A stretch of DNA of 64,000 nt from Candidatus Poriferihabitaceae bacterium (GTDB taxonomy: Bacteria; Pseudomonadota; Gammaproteobacteria; Arenicellales; Poriferihabitantaceae). Position 1 is the first letter of the stretch. The number at the start of each line of letters is the position of its first letter. The stretch covers positions 640,491 through 704,490 of the forward strand of contig CBDHDW010000013.1 in assembly GCA_965261915.1 (NCBI GenBank), written 5' to 3'. The notes under the pieces were generated by a model, which saw only the letters and a list, made by a program, of their open reading frames with translations, made no database searches and had not been told where the DNA came from. This document shows positions 1-10,523 of this stretch, piece after piece. A program made the position numbers and the translations under genes.

Positions 1-870
1 GGTCGATCAGAGTCTGGGAGACAATCCTTTAGCATTGATGCGGTTAATGAGTTTGATAATCTGTTTAATGATCTTTACGATTATTGTGATGCTCAGGATA
101 TTGGAATTGAAACGCTGATTCATGAGTCAGGCATAACCCAGATGGAAATTAATCTACTACATGGGGATGCGCTGCAACTGGCCGACCAGGTTTTCCTCTT
201 TAAGCGTGGGCTACGTGCGGTTGCCATGCGCCATGAAATCTACGCCACTTTTATGGCCGCACCAATGGAAGGTCAACCCGGCAGTGCCATGCATATGCAT
301 CAAAGTATAGTTGATCGTGAAACCGGAAAAAATATTTTTAGCAACAAAAATGGCACTGAAAGCAATCTGTTCCGCGGGTATATTGGCGGCCTGCAGAAAT
401 ACCTGCCCGCCGCAATGTCCATGATTGCCCCGAATGTGAATTCATATCGTCGCCTGGCACCCGACGAATTTGGCACACCAATTAACATAGAATGGGGATA
501 CGATAATCGAACGGCTGGACTGCGGATACCGGTATCCGACTCCCAGGCAAAGCGTGTAGAAAATCGCATTGCCGGCGCTGATGTTAACCCGTATCTGGCC
601 ATCGCCGCTTCACTTGCTTGTGGGTATCTTGGAATGAAAGATCAAATCAAGCCGAAAAAACCAGTCACCGGAGACGCGTACAGCCAGGCTACCACCCTGC
701 CCCATACGCTAAGAGAAGCGGTAAACGAACTCATGGAATGCAAAGAACTCAGACAGGTATTTGGTGATCGATTTTGCCGACTGTATAGCAGTGTAAAGCA
801 CCATGAGTACAACATCTTTCTAAACGTGATCAGTGCGTGGGAGCGCGAGCATTTACTCCTAAATGTATAA
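1..870 (+). CDS. glutamine synthetase family protein, C-terminal catalytic part (gamma-glutamyl-polyamine synthetase PuuA-like); 5' end lies outside the window
   Basis: Frame 1 is open from base 1, with no stop before the listed Met at 142. The translated sequence has GS catalytic-domain motifs (NRTAGLRIP, ENRIAGADVNPYLA). The PuuA-like subtype is only inferred from the nearby class-III aminotransferase. Confidence 0.8.
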   Translation, partial: GRSESGRQSFSIDAVNEFDNLFNDLYDYCDAQDIGIETLIHESGITQMEINLLHGDALQLADQVFLFKRGLRAVAMRHEIYATFMAAPMEGQPGSAMHMHQSIVDRETGKNIFSNKNGTESNLFRGYIGGLQKYLPAAMSMIAPNVNSYRRLAPDEFGTPINIEWGYDNRTAGLRIPVSDSQAKRVENRIAGADVNPYLAIAASLACGYLGMKDQIKPKKPVTGDAYSQATTLPHTLREAVNELMECKELRQVFGDRFCRLYSSVKHHEYNIFLNVISAWEREHLLLNV

Positions 871-938
871 CTCTGTTTCCTATTTCTCTTTGATTTTAAA
901 GAAATATTTTAAGAAACATCCCTAACACGGACCAGACG

Positions 939-2882
939 TTACGCACTGCCCTCCTGTTTGGTGCCCCCTTGTTTGGCAGCGGTTTTTTTTCTGGTTTTTG
1001 ATTTCTTTTTTGTTGTTTGTTTTTTAGCTGCTTTTTTCGCAGACGATTTTTTGCGAACTTTCTTTTTTGCAGATGGAACGACGACATCTTCGTCCTTACC
1101 CGTCTCGACAACAGGCGCGGCTACCCTAAGCGGAACCTGGTTGCATTCACGAAATATGCGTTGCTCACAAGTTGCGCAAATATTCTTGTCCAGACGATCG
1201 AATATCTGGGAAATTGCCTCTTCTTTCGAATCAAAAATATTGTATTCGCCAATGTAGTCAAAATAGCCGCCGTCCCGCAGAACTCTGGCGGCACTGTCTT
1301 TCAACCGATACATAAAAAAATCGCCGCCCAGTTTTCTGCGCTCACGCGTTTCGTTAAGCAAAAGCTCTGCGCCAGCAAAATCGACCTGATTCACACCCTT
1401 TGTGAGAAGTAACAAATTTTTCTGGTCTGGATAATGTTCCCGATACAGTCTGAACAATTCTCCAATATGGGAAACCGAACCAAAATAAATCGAATCTTCC
1501 AGTCGCAGAATTTTCAACTGCGGGCATTCCGGCAACGTAATTCCAGAGGTAAATTTTCGATTTTGTAATTCTGCATTCGGTACTCGAGGCATAATTCTGG
1601 GTCGAGAGGTTTTGCGTAAAAATATCATTAGCGACAATATAACGCCCAAAAGAATGGCAAATTCCAGTTTAAAAAATATGGTGCTTAGAAAGGTAACGCC
1701 CATAATCGCCGCTTCTTTTCGATCAGCGGTAAACAACAATTTAATTTGCTTGAAGTCAATTAATCGCCAGGCGACAAGTACCAGTAACGCTGCGACAGTC
1801 GCTTTTGGCAGGTATGCGGTTAACGGTGCAACCAACAAAATAAGTGGGATTAGCAATAACCCGGCGATAATTGCAGCCAGCGGCGTCCGTGCCCCGGCAT
1901 CGTAATTTGCTCCACTTCGGTTAAATGAACCGGTGGCCACGTAAGATGAGAAAAAACTCCCTGCGATGTTGGATAAACCCTGTCCAAAAAACTCCTGATT
2001 TCCGGAAATAGGTTGGCCGGTTTTCATTCCGATTGAACGAGCAATTGAAACCGCTTCAGTGAGCGCAAAAAGCGTCATTGCTAAAGCCAGTGGTGCGAGC
2101 TGCTGCATGACATCAAGTGAAAAATCAGGGGATGAAAGAGGGGGTAGTTGACGAGGCAATGCACCGACCATGGCGATTCCCGTTTTTTCTTCACCAAAAT
2201 ACAAATTCAATCCAAAAGCCACCAGACTGCCAACAATCATTGCTGCAATCATTCCTGGAAACTTTGGCCACTTTTTACGTAATAAAATAACGACAACGAC
2301 CGTCGAGAGGCTGACAATGGTTACCATTGGATGAAATGCGCTCCAGTGCTCCCATAAGTACATAACCGTCTCATAAAAGTGTTCCTTCACTGGGATTTCG
2401 AGTCCTAGCAATATCTTTAATTGCTTGGAAACGATCAATAGTGCGGCGCCGGCAGTAAAACCAACTATGACGGAGTGGGAAATAAAATTGACCAGCGTAC
2501 CCAGTTTAAACATCCCCATCATGAACTGCGTCACGCCAACCATAAACGCGAGGGTGATTGCCAGTGAAATGTACTCCGCGCTACCGGGTTCCGCGATAAC
2601 ACTGAGCGAAGAAAACATCACCACTGACGCTGCCGTAGTCGGTCCTGAGACCAAATGCCAGGAGGAGCCGAATAGCGCAGCTATAATTGCCGGGACGATA
2701 CTCGCATACAGCCCATACTCAGGCGGCATTCCGGCTATGGTTGCAAATGCGACACCCTGGGGAAACACGATAGCCGCACCCGTTAAACCCGCCAGCGCAT
2801 CTGCGCGAACACTATCTTTGGACAGGTTTCGACCCCATCGGAGAAATGGAAATAGTCGCGAAAAGCTAAAATAAAAGTTCAA
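939..2882 (-). CDS. SulP family anion permease with C-terminal STAS domain and a lysine-rich tail
   Basis: 647-aa ORF. The N-terminus is typical of SulP (LFPFLRW..., AGLTGAAIVFPQGVAFATIAG), followed by multiple hydrophobic segments and a STAS-like C-terminal region. TTG start preceded by GGAG. Confidence 0.9.
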   Translation of the reverse strand: MNFYFSFSRLFPFLRWGRNLSKDSVRADALAGLTGAAIVFPQGVAFATIAGMPPEYGLYASIVPAIIAALFGSSWHLVSGPTTAASVVMFSSLSVIAEPGSAEYISLAITLAFMVGVTQFMMGMFKLGTLVNFISHSVIVGFTAGAALLIVSKQLKILLGLEIPVKEHFYETVMYLWEHWSAFHPMVTIVSLSTVVVVILLRKKWPKFPGMIAAMIVGSLVAFGLNLYFGEEKTGIAMVGALPRQLPPLSSPDFSLDVMQQLAPLALAMTLFALTEAVSIARSIGMKTGQPISGNQEFFGQGLSNIAGSFFSSYVATGSFNRSGANYDAGARTPLAAIIAGLLLIPLILLVAPLTAYLPKATVAALLVLVAWRLIDFKQIKLLFTADRKEAAIMGVTFLSTIFFKLEFAILLGVILSLMIFLRKTSRPRIMPRVPNAELQNRKFTSGITLPECPQLKILRLEDSIYFGSVSHIGELFRLYREHYPDQKNLLLLTKGVNQVDFAGAELLLNETRERRKLGGDFFMYRLKDSAARVLRDGGYFDYIGEYNIFDSKEEAISQIFDRLDKNICATCEQRIFRECNQVPLRVAAPVVETGKDEDVVVPSAKKKVRKKSSAKKAAKKQTTKKKSKTRKKTAAKQGGTKQEGSA

Positions 2883-3054
2883 TATAACTCCGTTACAATT
2901 CCTTTATATCGATTCCAGAGAAAGATATCTGGAATCTCGAAAATTTAATTGAAACACCGCTTTTTTACGGGCTGCGTTAACGATTTTGGGAGCGCGTATT
3001 GAACCAGATCAATATGTCATTCACAACTATTTTTCAAAGCTTCAAAATTAAATT

Positions 3055-3297
3055 TTATCCACCAATTTTGCACCGGTTTACTGTCAATCCACGCGACTCT
3101 AATAACGAAAGCAAACCTTCATCACCCACCAGATGGAGCGCACCGACCCAAACCATTTCCACTTCATCAGAATCGAGTATTTGTTCTATTTTGAGGATCC
3201 ACTTTTCATTCCTGTTAACCGCCAAATCTTCATATGCGCGTGGAAAATTGGATTGCAGCTGGTCCAGTGACAACGGCTCCAAAGACTGCCCGTCACC
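3055..3297 (-). pseudogene. C-terminal remnant of a TraB/GumN family protein
   Basis: Only ~80 codons are open, with a stop immediately upstream in frame. The sequence ..NRNEKWILKIEQIL....VWVGALHLVGDEGLLSLLESRGLTV.. matches the conserved C-terminus of TraB/GumN proteins, which I recall as much longer than the ~80 codons present. There is no room for the N-terminal part. Confidence 0.5.
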
Positions 3298-3444
3298 TTA
3301 ACTCTGTTTTTTAAGTGCAAATTAGGCCTTCCCGTGGCGGATTTAGTATTTGGTCAAATATGGTCGCTGAGTTATCATTTGGCCGTCATTCAATCTGGCT
3401 GTTCAACACCACACATATTATTCGTACCGAGAGACTTTACAAAC

Positions 3445-4806
3445 ATGAGACAGTACAACACCGCAGAATTACAGGAAGCTGATCGCAAGCATCACTACCA
3501 CCCGTTCACCGATCACGGCGATATGTGGAAGAAGGGAGCTCGAATCATCACAGGTGCAGAAAACGTCTATGTATACGATAGTGACAACAAAAAGTATCTG
3601 GACGGTATGTCGGGGCTATGGTGTGTAAATATTGGCTACGGCCGCCATGAACTCGCCGAGGTTGCGAAGCTGCAAATGGAACAGCTCCCATACTACAACA
3701 GCTTTTTTCAGACTGCACAGCTACCCGCGGTCGAGCTTGCGGAAATGCTCGCTGAAGTTACCCCGGACAATTTAAATCGCGCCTTCTTTGGGTGTTCTGG
3801 CTCAGATGGTAACGACACCGTATTGCGTTTGGTTCGCCACTACTGGGCAGCATTAGGTCACGAAAACAAAAATATCGTCATCAGTCGGGTAAATGCCTAT
3901 CATGGCAGTACCATGGCTGGGGGCAGTCTCGGCGGTATGAAAGGAATCCACGCTCAGGGCGGACTACCCATTCCGAATATCGAACACATCGATCAGCCTT
4001 ATTATTATCGCGAAGGCGGTGATATGAGCCTCGAAGAGTTTGGGTTGCAACGTGCTCGGGCACTGGAAGAGAAAATTCTCGAACTGGGAGCAGACCGTGT
4101 AGCCGCTTTTATCGGTGAGCCAATCCAGGGTGCCGGCGGCGTTATCATTCCTCCGGATAATTACTGGCCGGAGATTAATCGAATTTGCCAGAAGTATGAT
4201 GTGCTGCTTTGTGCAGATGAAGTCATCTGCGGATTTGGGCGAACAGGCGAATGGTTCGGTTCTGACAAGTATGGAATTGAAGCCGATCTCATGACAATGG
4301 CTAAAGGGCTTTCATCAGGTTATCAACCCATTGGTGCGGTGATGATTTCAGACAAGGTGTCAGAAGGTCTGGACAAACTCGGCGGTGAATTCACCCACGG
4401 CTACACTTATTCAGGGCACCCGGTTGCCTGTGCCGTTGCATTGAAAAACCTGCAAATCATGCGCGACGAAAAAATCATTGAAAATGCTCGGGCGAACACT
4501 ATGGACTATTTACAATCCAGAATTGCACGACTGGGAGATCATCCGCTGGTTGGGGAAGCAAGGGGCACCGGATTTGTTGGCGCGATAGAACTGGTTAAAA
4601 ACAAGGAAACCAAAGAAAAATTTGATGATAATGGAACCGCTGGCTCGACCTGCAGAGATATCGCTGCCGACAATGGATTAATCATGCGTGCTGTGGAGGA
4701 TTCGATGATTCTTTGTCCACCGCTAGTGATTTCCAAAACGCAAATCGATGAATTGTATGAAAAGGCAACAAACAGCCTTGATGCTGCGCTAGAAAAATTG
4801 GCATAG
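3445..4806 (+). CDS. class-III (omega) aminotransferase, putrescine/beta-alanine--pyruvate aminotransferase-like
   Basis: The ORF has aminotransferase class III motifs (YHGST..GG, ADEVICGFGRTG, MAKGLSSGYQPIG). I prefer the ATG at 3445 (MRQYNTAELQ...) over the GTG at 3334 listed in the ORF track. Confidence 0.85.
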   Translation: MRQYNTAELQEADRKHHYHPFTDHGDMWKKGARIITGAENVYVYDSDNKKYLDGMSGLWCVNIGYGRHELAEVAKLQMEQLPYYNSFFQTAQLPAVELAEMLAEVTPDNLNRAFFGCSGSDGNDTVLRLVRHYWAALGHENKNIVISRVNAYHGSTMAGGSLGGMKGIHAQGGLPIPNIEHIDQPYYYREGGDMSLEEFGLQRARALEEKILELGADRVAAFIGEPIQGAGGVIIPPDNYWPEINRICQKYDVLLCADEVICGFGRTGEWFGSDKYGIEADLMTMAKGLSSGYQPIGAVMISDKVSEGLDKLGGEFTHGYTYSGHPVACAVALKNLQIMRDEKIIENARANTMDYLQSRIARLGDHPLVGEARGTGFVGAIELVKNKETKEKFDDNGTAGSTCRDIAADNGLIMRAVEDSMILCPPLVISKTQIDELYEKATNSLDAALEKLA

Positions 4807-4855
4807 ACTGAAACTGACTCTGGATTCAGCTCTGTTTAACTCAATCTATTCTGAT

Positions 4856-5776
4856 ATGTCTTCAGCGGAAACTTTAGCCGTAGACAACGGATCAATAAAG
4901 GATATCAATGGGATATCGCATATATATTATGATGGATACTGGATTCGTTATTACGAGCCGCCAGCAGAATCCCTATCTGCTAAAAAAGTCCTCCTGGACG
5001 CGCTGACCCGTAGAACGTTTCACCACACAGAACCTGGAATTAATACGCCGGGAGACAAACTGGAAGAAGTTCGGTCCGCTTACGAGAATGAGCAGGACCC
5101 TCAACGTAAGCGCGTGAATGCTGCGATGCTTGCCGGGGCACTATTTAACCGTGCTACAGACATCTTTACCACTATCGTAGATCTGGAAGAGCGAGGGATA
5201 AAAGTGACCCGGGATGATGATCTAATGAAGCAGTGTTCCCGCTGTTTGTCCGAAGCATTGTCACTCAGTGGAAATGTAAAGCATTACAGTGGCGAAGAAG
5301 GTGTTGACGAACTCTGGGGGGAACCGGTAAAGGTTTTCACCATGTCCATAGGCGATTATTACTGCAGCCGTTATAGAAAAATCGCCCAGGCAATGCGAGA
5401 GCTCGACCATATTGGAGACATCATCAATCAAACGCTATGCTCACTGGAATGGTTTGCCAAAGCCAAGCCTCTGGTTGATGACTACATATTAATCGCGAGA
5501 AACGAAAGTGAAATACTACGCGGTGACCCAGATTATTTGACCATCTGGCCTGAATTTGTCGCTGACGGTGAGAAACTGCTGGACTTTCGTGCATCCATAC
5601 CAAACAAAGCCAGCAATGGTCTTGAAAGACATATAAAACGCGGCACCAAACTACTTCAGTCGGGTAAAGATCTGATCAGCTGGATCGCCAATGTCAGAGT
5701 ACCCATGCCGGTGAGTACGCAACACTATTTGGACAAGTGCGCTGACTACCGCAAAAAAACCGCGAAGTATAGCTAA
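4856..5776 (+). CDS. hypothetical protein (306 aa), no recognisable domain
   Basis: Long uninterrupted ORF in an otherwise tightly packed region. ATG start 50 nt after the aminotransferase stop. I recognise no motif. Confidence 0.6.
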   Translation: MSSAETLAVDNGSIKDINGISHIYYDGYWIRYYEPPAESLSAKKVLLDALTRRTFHHTEPGINTPGDKLEEVRSAYENEQDPQRKRVNAAMLAGALFNRATDIFTTIVDLEERGIKVTRDDDLMKQCSRCLSEALSLSGNVKHYSGEEGVDELWGEPVKVFTMSIGDYYCSRYRKIAQAMRELDHIGDIINQTLCSLEWFAKAKPLVDDYILIARNESEILRGDPDYLTIWPEFVADGEKLLDFRASIPNKASNGLERHIKRGTKLLQSGKDLISWIANVRVPMPVSTQHYLDKCADYRKKTAKYS

Positions 5777-5991
5777 AATAAAAACACCGTAAGGAAGAGT
5801 AAAACCTCGAAAGTTTAGCGGTTTCAAAAGTTTACTTTTTTAATCGCTATCATCCGCTTTCATTGTCAGCTCGGTAGTATTACCCGACAAACTATTTATA
5901 TATCAAATAATATGATTAAATCTATTAATTTTTAATATAATAAAAACTGCTTTATTATCCAGCGACCAATGAACAAGCTGAGCTATCCAAA

Positions 5992-7119
5992 TTGACTGAA
6001 TCAACATCGCTGAAAGCCACAGGTTTTAGCTCCATGCATATTGATGCTGGCGCGAAAATGGTGCCGTTCGCCGGCTACAACATGCCGGTCCAATACCCCG
6101 CCGGGATTATTAAAGAACATCAGCACAGCCGAGAAAAAGCCGGATTGTTTGACGTTTCTCACATGGGTCAGATTAGTCTCCGTGGCACAGATGCAGCGCA
6201 AAAGCTCGAAAGACTGGTACCGGTAGATATTCTGGGGCTGGGAGCGGGTAAACAACGATATGCCCTGTTTCTTAACGAACACGGCTGTGTACTAGATGAT
6301 TTGATGATCGCTAAAATCAGCGATGATCATTTGGCTTTAGTCGTCAATGCCGCGTGTAAAGAGGCTGATTTCGAACACTTAAAGTCATCCCTTGGGGCGG
6401 AGCTTGAAATTGAGATGCATACCGATAGAAGCCTGCTTGCACTTCAGGGGCCAACCGCAAAATCTGTCCTGGCGCGTCTCGGAAATGATTTGTCAGATAT
6501 GAATTTCATGGCTGTCAGATCGCTAACTATTGGCGGAATTCAATGTGGTGTTACACGGTCTGGGTATACCGGAGAAGACGGTTTTGAAATCTCTATTGAT
6601 AATCAGAATGCGGCCAGTCTTGCGGAATTATTGCTTAAGGACGATGATGTTGAATGGGTTGGATTAGGTGCTCGTGACTCATTAAGACTGGAAGCCGGTC
6701 TTTGTCTGTACGGTCACGACATGGATGAACAAACCAGCCCCATTGAGGCTGGTTTGAGTTGGGCAATTTCAAAAGCGCGCCGACTGGATGGAGAAAGAAG
6801 CGGCGGATTTCCCGGAGCAGAAGTCATCTTGCCACAGATGCCGAGAAATGTTGACAAATTGCTGGTTGGTTTACAACCGCAAGGTCGTGCCCCGATACGT
6901 GAAGGCGCACTAATTGAAAATGCAGATGGCACAGAAGTGGGTGTCGTTACCAGTGGTGGCTTCAGTCCCAGTCTCGGAAAGCCGATTTGCATGGGATACG
7001 TAAACCAGGGATATTTTGATGAGTTTACTGAACTTAACGCAATCGTTAGAGATAAACGATTAGCCGTTGTAGTCACAAAATTACCGTTCGTTAAGAGACG
7101 ATATTTTCGCCTGCCTTAA
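5992..7119 (+). CDS. gcvT: glycine cleavage system aminomethyltransferase T
   Basis: GAKMVPFAGYNMPVQY, GLFDVSHMGQ and SGYTGEDGFEIS motifs. Followed by gcvH and gcvP. TTG start. Confidence 0.9.
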   Translation: MTESTSLKATGFSSMHIDAGAKMVPFAGYNMPVQYPAGIIKEHQHSREKAGLFDVSHMGQISLRGTDAAQKLERLVPVDILGLGAGKQRYALFLNEHGCVLDDLMIAKISDDHLALVVNAACKEADFEHLKSSLGAELEIEMHTDRSLLALQGPTAKSVLARLGNDLSDMNFMAVRSLTIGGIQCGVTRSGYTGEDGFEISIDNQNAASLAELLLKDDDVEWVGLGARDSLRLEAGLCLYGHDMDEQTSPIEAGLSWAISKARRLDGERSGGFPGAEVILPQMPRNVDKLLVGLQPQGRAPIREGALIENADGTEVGVVTSGGFSPSLGKPICMGYVNQGYFDEFTELNAIVRDKRLAVVVTKLPFVKRRYFRLP

Positions 7120-7197
7120 CTGCGGCTTTTATGACTAACTTAAAATCACCCTGCTATAAAAATTCTGTATCAACCCCTTAATTACTCGAGGAAAAAA

Positions 7198-7572
7198 ATG
7201 ACTACCAAATACACTGAAGACCACGAATGGGCGAGACTTGAAGGCGATATTCTTGTGGTTGGAATTACCAGCTATGCTCAAGAACAGTTAGGCGAAGTCG
7301 TGTTCGTTGAATTGCCCGATGTGGACCGCGAACTGGATCAGGGCGAAGAAGCCGTGGTTATCGAGTCGGTCAAAGCCGCTGGAGAAATTAAATCGCCAAT
7401 TGGCGGTACTGTGACTGAAGTCAACGAATCACTTACTGACTCACCAGAAAAAATAAATGAAGATCCCTCGGGAGACGGATGGGTATACAAAATCAAGCCT
7501 TCCGATTCCAGTGAGTTTGAAGGTTTGATGGATGACACCGCTTATCAGGCTTTGGTCGACTCTCTTTCCTGA
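7198..7572 (+). CDS. gcvH: glycine cleavage system H protein (lipoyl carrier)
   Basis: 124 aa with the lipoyl-lysine motif ESVKAAGE. RBS GAGGAAAAAA before the ATG. Confidence 0.95.
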   Translation: MTTKYTEDHEWARLEGDILVVGITSYAQEQLGEVVFVELPDVDRELDQGEEAVVIESVKAAGEIKSPIGGTVTEVNESLTDSPEKINEDPSGDGWVYKIKPSDSSEFEGLMDDTAYQALVDSLS

Positions 7573-7627
7573 TTTCTTTTAAGAATCACTACACGCAATC
7601 ATTAACCATCATTTTTAAAATATTACC

Positions 7628-10486
7628 ATGCCAAGAGCTGACGATTTTACCACTCGACATATAGGTTCAAGCCCGGAGCAAATTGCCAAAATGCTCGAAA
7701 CGCTGGAAGTGAATTCACTAGACCAACTGGTCGAACAGACCATACCGGAATCTATCCAAAGTAAAGCCGAATTCTCTTTACCAAGATCACTGGATGAGAA
7801 TCGACTGAACAAGTTGAGCCGTCAGATCGCGTCAGATAATACTGCGGCAATTTCAATGATCGGTATGGGTTATTACGGTACGGTCACCCCGCCGGTGATT
7901 CGGCGAAATGTGATGGAAAACCCGGATTGGTATACCGCGTACACGCCTTACCAACCCGAGGTTAGTCAGGCAAGACTTGAGATTTTAATAACCTTCCAGC
8001 AAATGATCATCGATCTAACCGGAATGGAAATGGCGAATGCATCGATGCTTGACGAAGCCACTGCCGCCGCTGAGGCCATGCAAATGGCCTATCGGGTAAC
8101 AAAAAACAAGTCGAATCGGGTTTTTATTGATCGAGAATGTTATCCACAAACCATTGCTGTCATACAAACCCGTGCCGAACCGATGGGAATTGAGGTGGTC
8201 GTTGGAGATTATGATAAAGATGCTCAGGGCGGCGATTACTTTGCTGGCGTCATTCAGTATCCAGCTTGCTCTGGTGAAGTACGCGACTATTCATCGACAA
8301 TCGCAAATTTCAAAGAACAGGATACCATGATTATTATGGCGGCTGATCCGCTATCACTAACACTGTTAAAATCGCCGGGTGATCTTGGTGCAGATATCGT
8401 TGTAGGCAGCACTCAACGCTTTGGTGTACCCATGGGCTTCGGTGGTCCCCACGCCGCTTATATGGCTACGCATGAAAAATTCAAGCGCGCCCTGCCCGGC
8501 CGACTGATTGGCACTACCATTGATACCAACGGAAACCTTGCGTACCGCATGGCTTTGCAAACCAGAGAACAACATATTCGACGGGATAAAGCGACCAGCA
8601 ACATTTGTACCTCTCAGGTATTACTTGCCGTGATGGCAACAGTTTATGCCATGTACCACGGCCCGGAAGGGCTAAGCCGTATCGCCAAAAGCATTAATCG
8701 AAATGCGCGCGCGCTATGCCACGAAATTCGCGACCTCGGTTTTGACGTTCTTTATGAAAATTTCTTCGATACCATCGTTGTAAAGAAACCGGGTCAGGCA
8801 AAACGAATTCGTGACAAAGCTGAACAAGCTCGATACAACCTTAGACTAATTGACGAAGATCACATTGGTATCAGCCTCGACGAAACCACAACACGCGAAA
8901 AGATTGTTGGTTTACTCGAAGTCTTTGAAGGCATTACCGCAGGGCAGGTAAAGGGCAATCTATTCGATATCGATCTCGATTCATCAATCCCTGCTTCTTT
9001 GCGGCGAGCAGATGATTTTCTCGAACACCCAATTTTCCATCGCTATCGATCTGAAACAGAATTCATGCGGTATTTGCGAAAAACCGCGAGCAAGGATATT
9101 ACTCTGGCGCGTTCGATGATCCCCCTGGGTTCGTGCACCATGAAGCTGAACGCAGCCAGTGAGATGGAACCGATTTCAAATCCCCTATTCGCTCACATTC
9201 ATCCGTTTGCACCGGCCAAACACACCCAGGGCTATCGCAGAATTATCAATCGGCTTGATTCAATGCTCTGCGAAATCACCGGATTCGATGGCTTTTCGTT
9301 CCAGCCAAATGCCGGTTCGCAGGGTGAATATACCGGTCTTTTGTGTATTCGAGCCTGGCATCGCTCCCACGGCGACGAACAACGCAACATTTGCCTGATC
9401 CCCTCCTCTGCCCACGGCACCAACCCCGCCAGTGCCATTATGGCGGGCATGAAAGTCGTCGTCGTCAAATGCGACAATGAAGGCAATATTGACATCAATG
9501 ACTTCCGTGAAAAAGCCGAAGCCAATAAAGATGTACTGGCCGCAACCATGGTGACGTATCCATCCACCCACGGTGTATTCGAACAATCTATTCGCGAATT
9601 GTGCGAAATCATTCATGAAAACGGTGGACAGGTTTACATGGATGGTGCGAACATGAATGCCATGGTTGGAATATGCCGACCCGCTGAGATTGGCGCTGAT
9701 GTAATGCATTTAAACCTGCATAAAACCTTTGCGATTCCCCACGGCGGCGGTGGTCCAGGCATGGGGCCGATTGGTGTAAAAAAACACTTGCAACCCTTTC
9801 TGCCGGATCATCCGGTGGTCAGTTCGAACCGCGGTGGTTCAAGTTCAGTGGGAACTGTAGCGGCAGCCCCGTGGGGTTCGCCGCTGATCCTGCCGATTTC
9901 CTGGGCCTATATGCGCCTCCTCGGTAAACACGGATTAAAGCGATCAACGCAGATTGCAATCCTCAACGCAAATTACATCGCAACTCGACTCGAGCCACAT
10001 TATCCCGTTGTATACAAAGGCACGAATGGCCGCGTTGCACACGAATGTGTCATTAATTTGGCCCCCATCAAGGAAAGCTGCGGCGTTACCGTTGAAGATG
10101 TCGCCAAGCGCCTCGTGGACTATGGCTTCCATGCACCCACCATGTCATGGCCAGTGCCGGATTCACTGATGATTGAACCCACCGAGAGTGAATCGAAAGG
10201 AGAAATCGATCGCTTTTGTGATGCGATGATTCAGATTCGCGAGGAAATTGCAGAAATCGAAAATGGCAAGGAAACCCTGGAAAACAGCTTATTGACTAAT
10301 GCACCACATGCCTATCATTTACTGGTGGAAGAAAAATGGGATCGGCCTTATAGTCGTGAACGTGCATTCTTCCCAACAAAAGAATGTCGCGACAATAAAT
10401 TCTGGCCGCCAGTTGGACGAGTTGATAACGTTTACGGCGATAAAAACCTGGTCTGCACTTGCCCACCAATGTCTGAGTATATGTAG
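7628..10486 (+). CDS. gcvP: glycine dehydrogenase (decarboxylating), single-chain P protein
   Basis: 952 aa with the characteristic TAYTPYQPEVSQ and NLHKTFAIPHGGGGPG (PLP lysine) motifs. Confidence 0.95.
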   Translation: MPRADDFTTRHIGSSPEQIAKMLETLEVNSLDQLVEQTIPESIQSKAEFSLPRSLDENRLNKLSRQIASDNTAAISMIGMGYYGTVTPPVIRRNVMENPDWYTAYTPYQPEVSQARLEILITFQQMIIDLTGMEMANASMLDEATAAAEAMQMAYRVTKNKSNRVFIDRECYPQTIAVIQTRAEPMGIEVVVGDYDKDAQGGDYFAGVIQYPACSGEVRDYSSTIANFKEQDTMIIMAADPLSLTLLKSPGDLGADIVVGSTQRFGVPMGFGGPHAAYMATHEKFKRALPGRLIGTTIDTNGNLAYRMALQTREQHIRRDKATSNICTSQVLLAVMATVYAMYHGPEGLSRIAKSINRNARALCHEIRDLGFDVLYENFFDTIVVKKPGQAKRIRDKAEQARYNLRLIDEDHIGISLDETTTREKIVGLLEVFEGITAGQVKGNLFDIDLDSSIPASLRRADDFLEHPIFHRYRSETEFMRYLRKTASKDITLARSMIPLGSCTMKLNAASEMEPISNPLFAHIHPFAPAKHTQGYRRIINRLDSMLCEITGFDGFSFQPNAGSQGEYTGLLCIRAWHRSHGDEQRNICLIPSSAHGTNPASAIMAGMKVVVVKCDNEGNIDINDFREKAEANKDVLAATMVTYPSTHGVFEQSIRELCEIIHENGGQVYMDGANMNAMVGICRPAEIGADVMHLNLHKTFAIPHGGGGPGMGPIGVKKHLQPFLPDHPVVSSNRGGSSSVGTVAAAPWGSPLILPISWAYMRLLGKHGLKRSTQIAILNANYIATRLEPHYPVVYKGTNGRVAHECVINLAPIKESCGVTVEDVAKRLVDYGFHAPTMSWPVPDSLMIEPTESESKGEIDRFCDAMIQIREEIAEIENGKETLENSLLTNAPHAYHLLVEEKWDRPYSRERAFFPTKECRDNKFWPPVGRVDNVYGDKNLVCTCPPMSEYM

Positions 10487-10523
10487 CAGGCAACCGAACC
10501 AAAACGGATTCTGATTTAAATTT

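Noticed and set aside
896-1412. Lys/Phe-rich ORFs overlapping the SulP 3' end on both strands
   Set aside because: They are artefacts of the AAR/TTY-rich sequence that encodes the SulP lysine tail.
3334-3444. GTG start at 3334 for the aminotransferase
   Set aside because: The extension is hydrophobic and unrelated to the family. The ATG at 3445 gives the usual N-terminus.
5777-5991. Possible glycine riboswitch upstream of gcvT (CACCGTAAGGAAGAG resembles ACCGAAGGGGCAA)
   Set aside because: There is only one weak core-like match. No GGAGAG P1/P3 partners and no second aptamer are present, and the match lies directly after the preceding stop codon. A cmsearch with RF00504 is needed to be sure.
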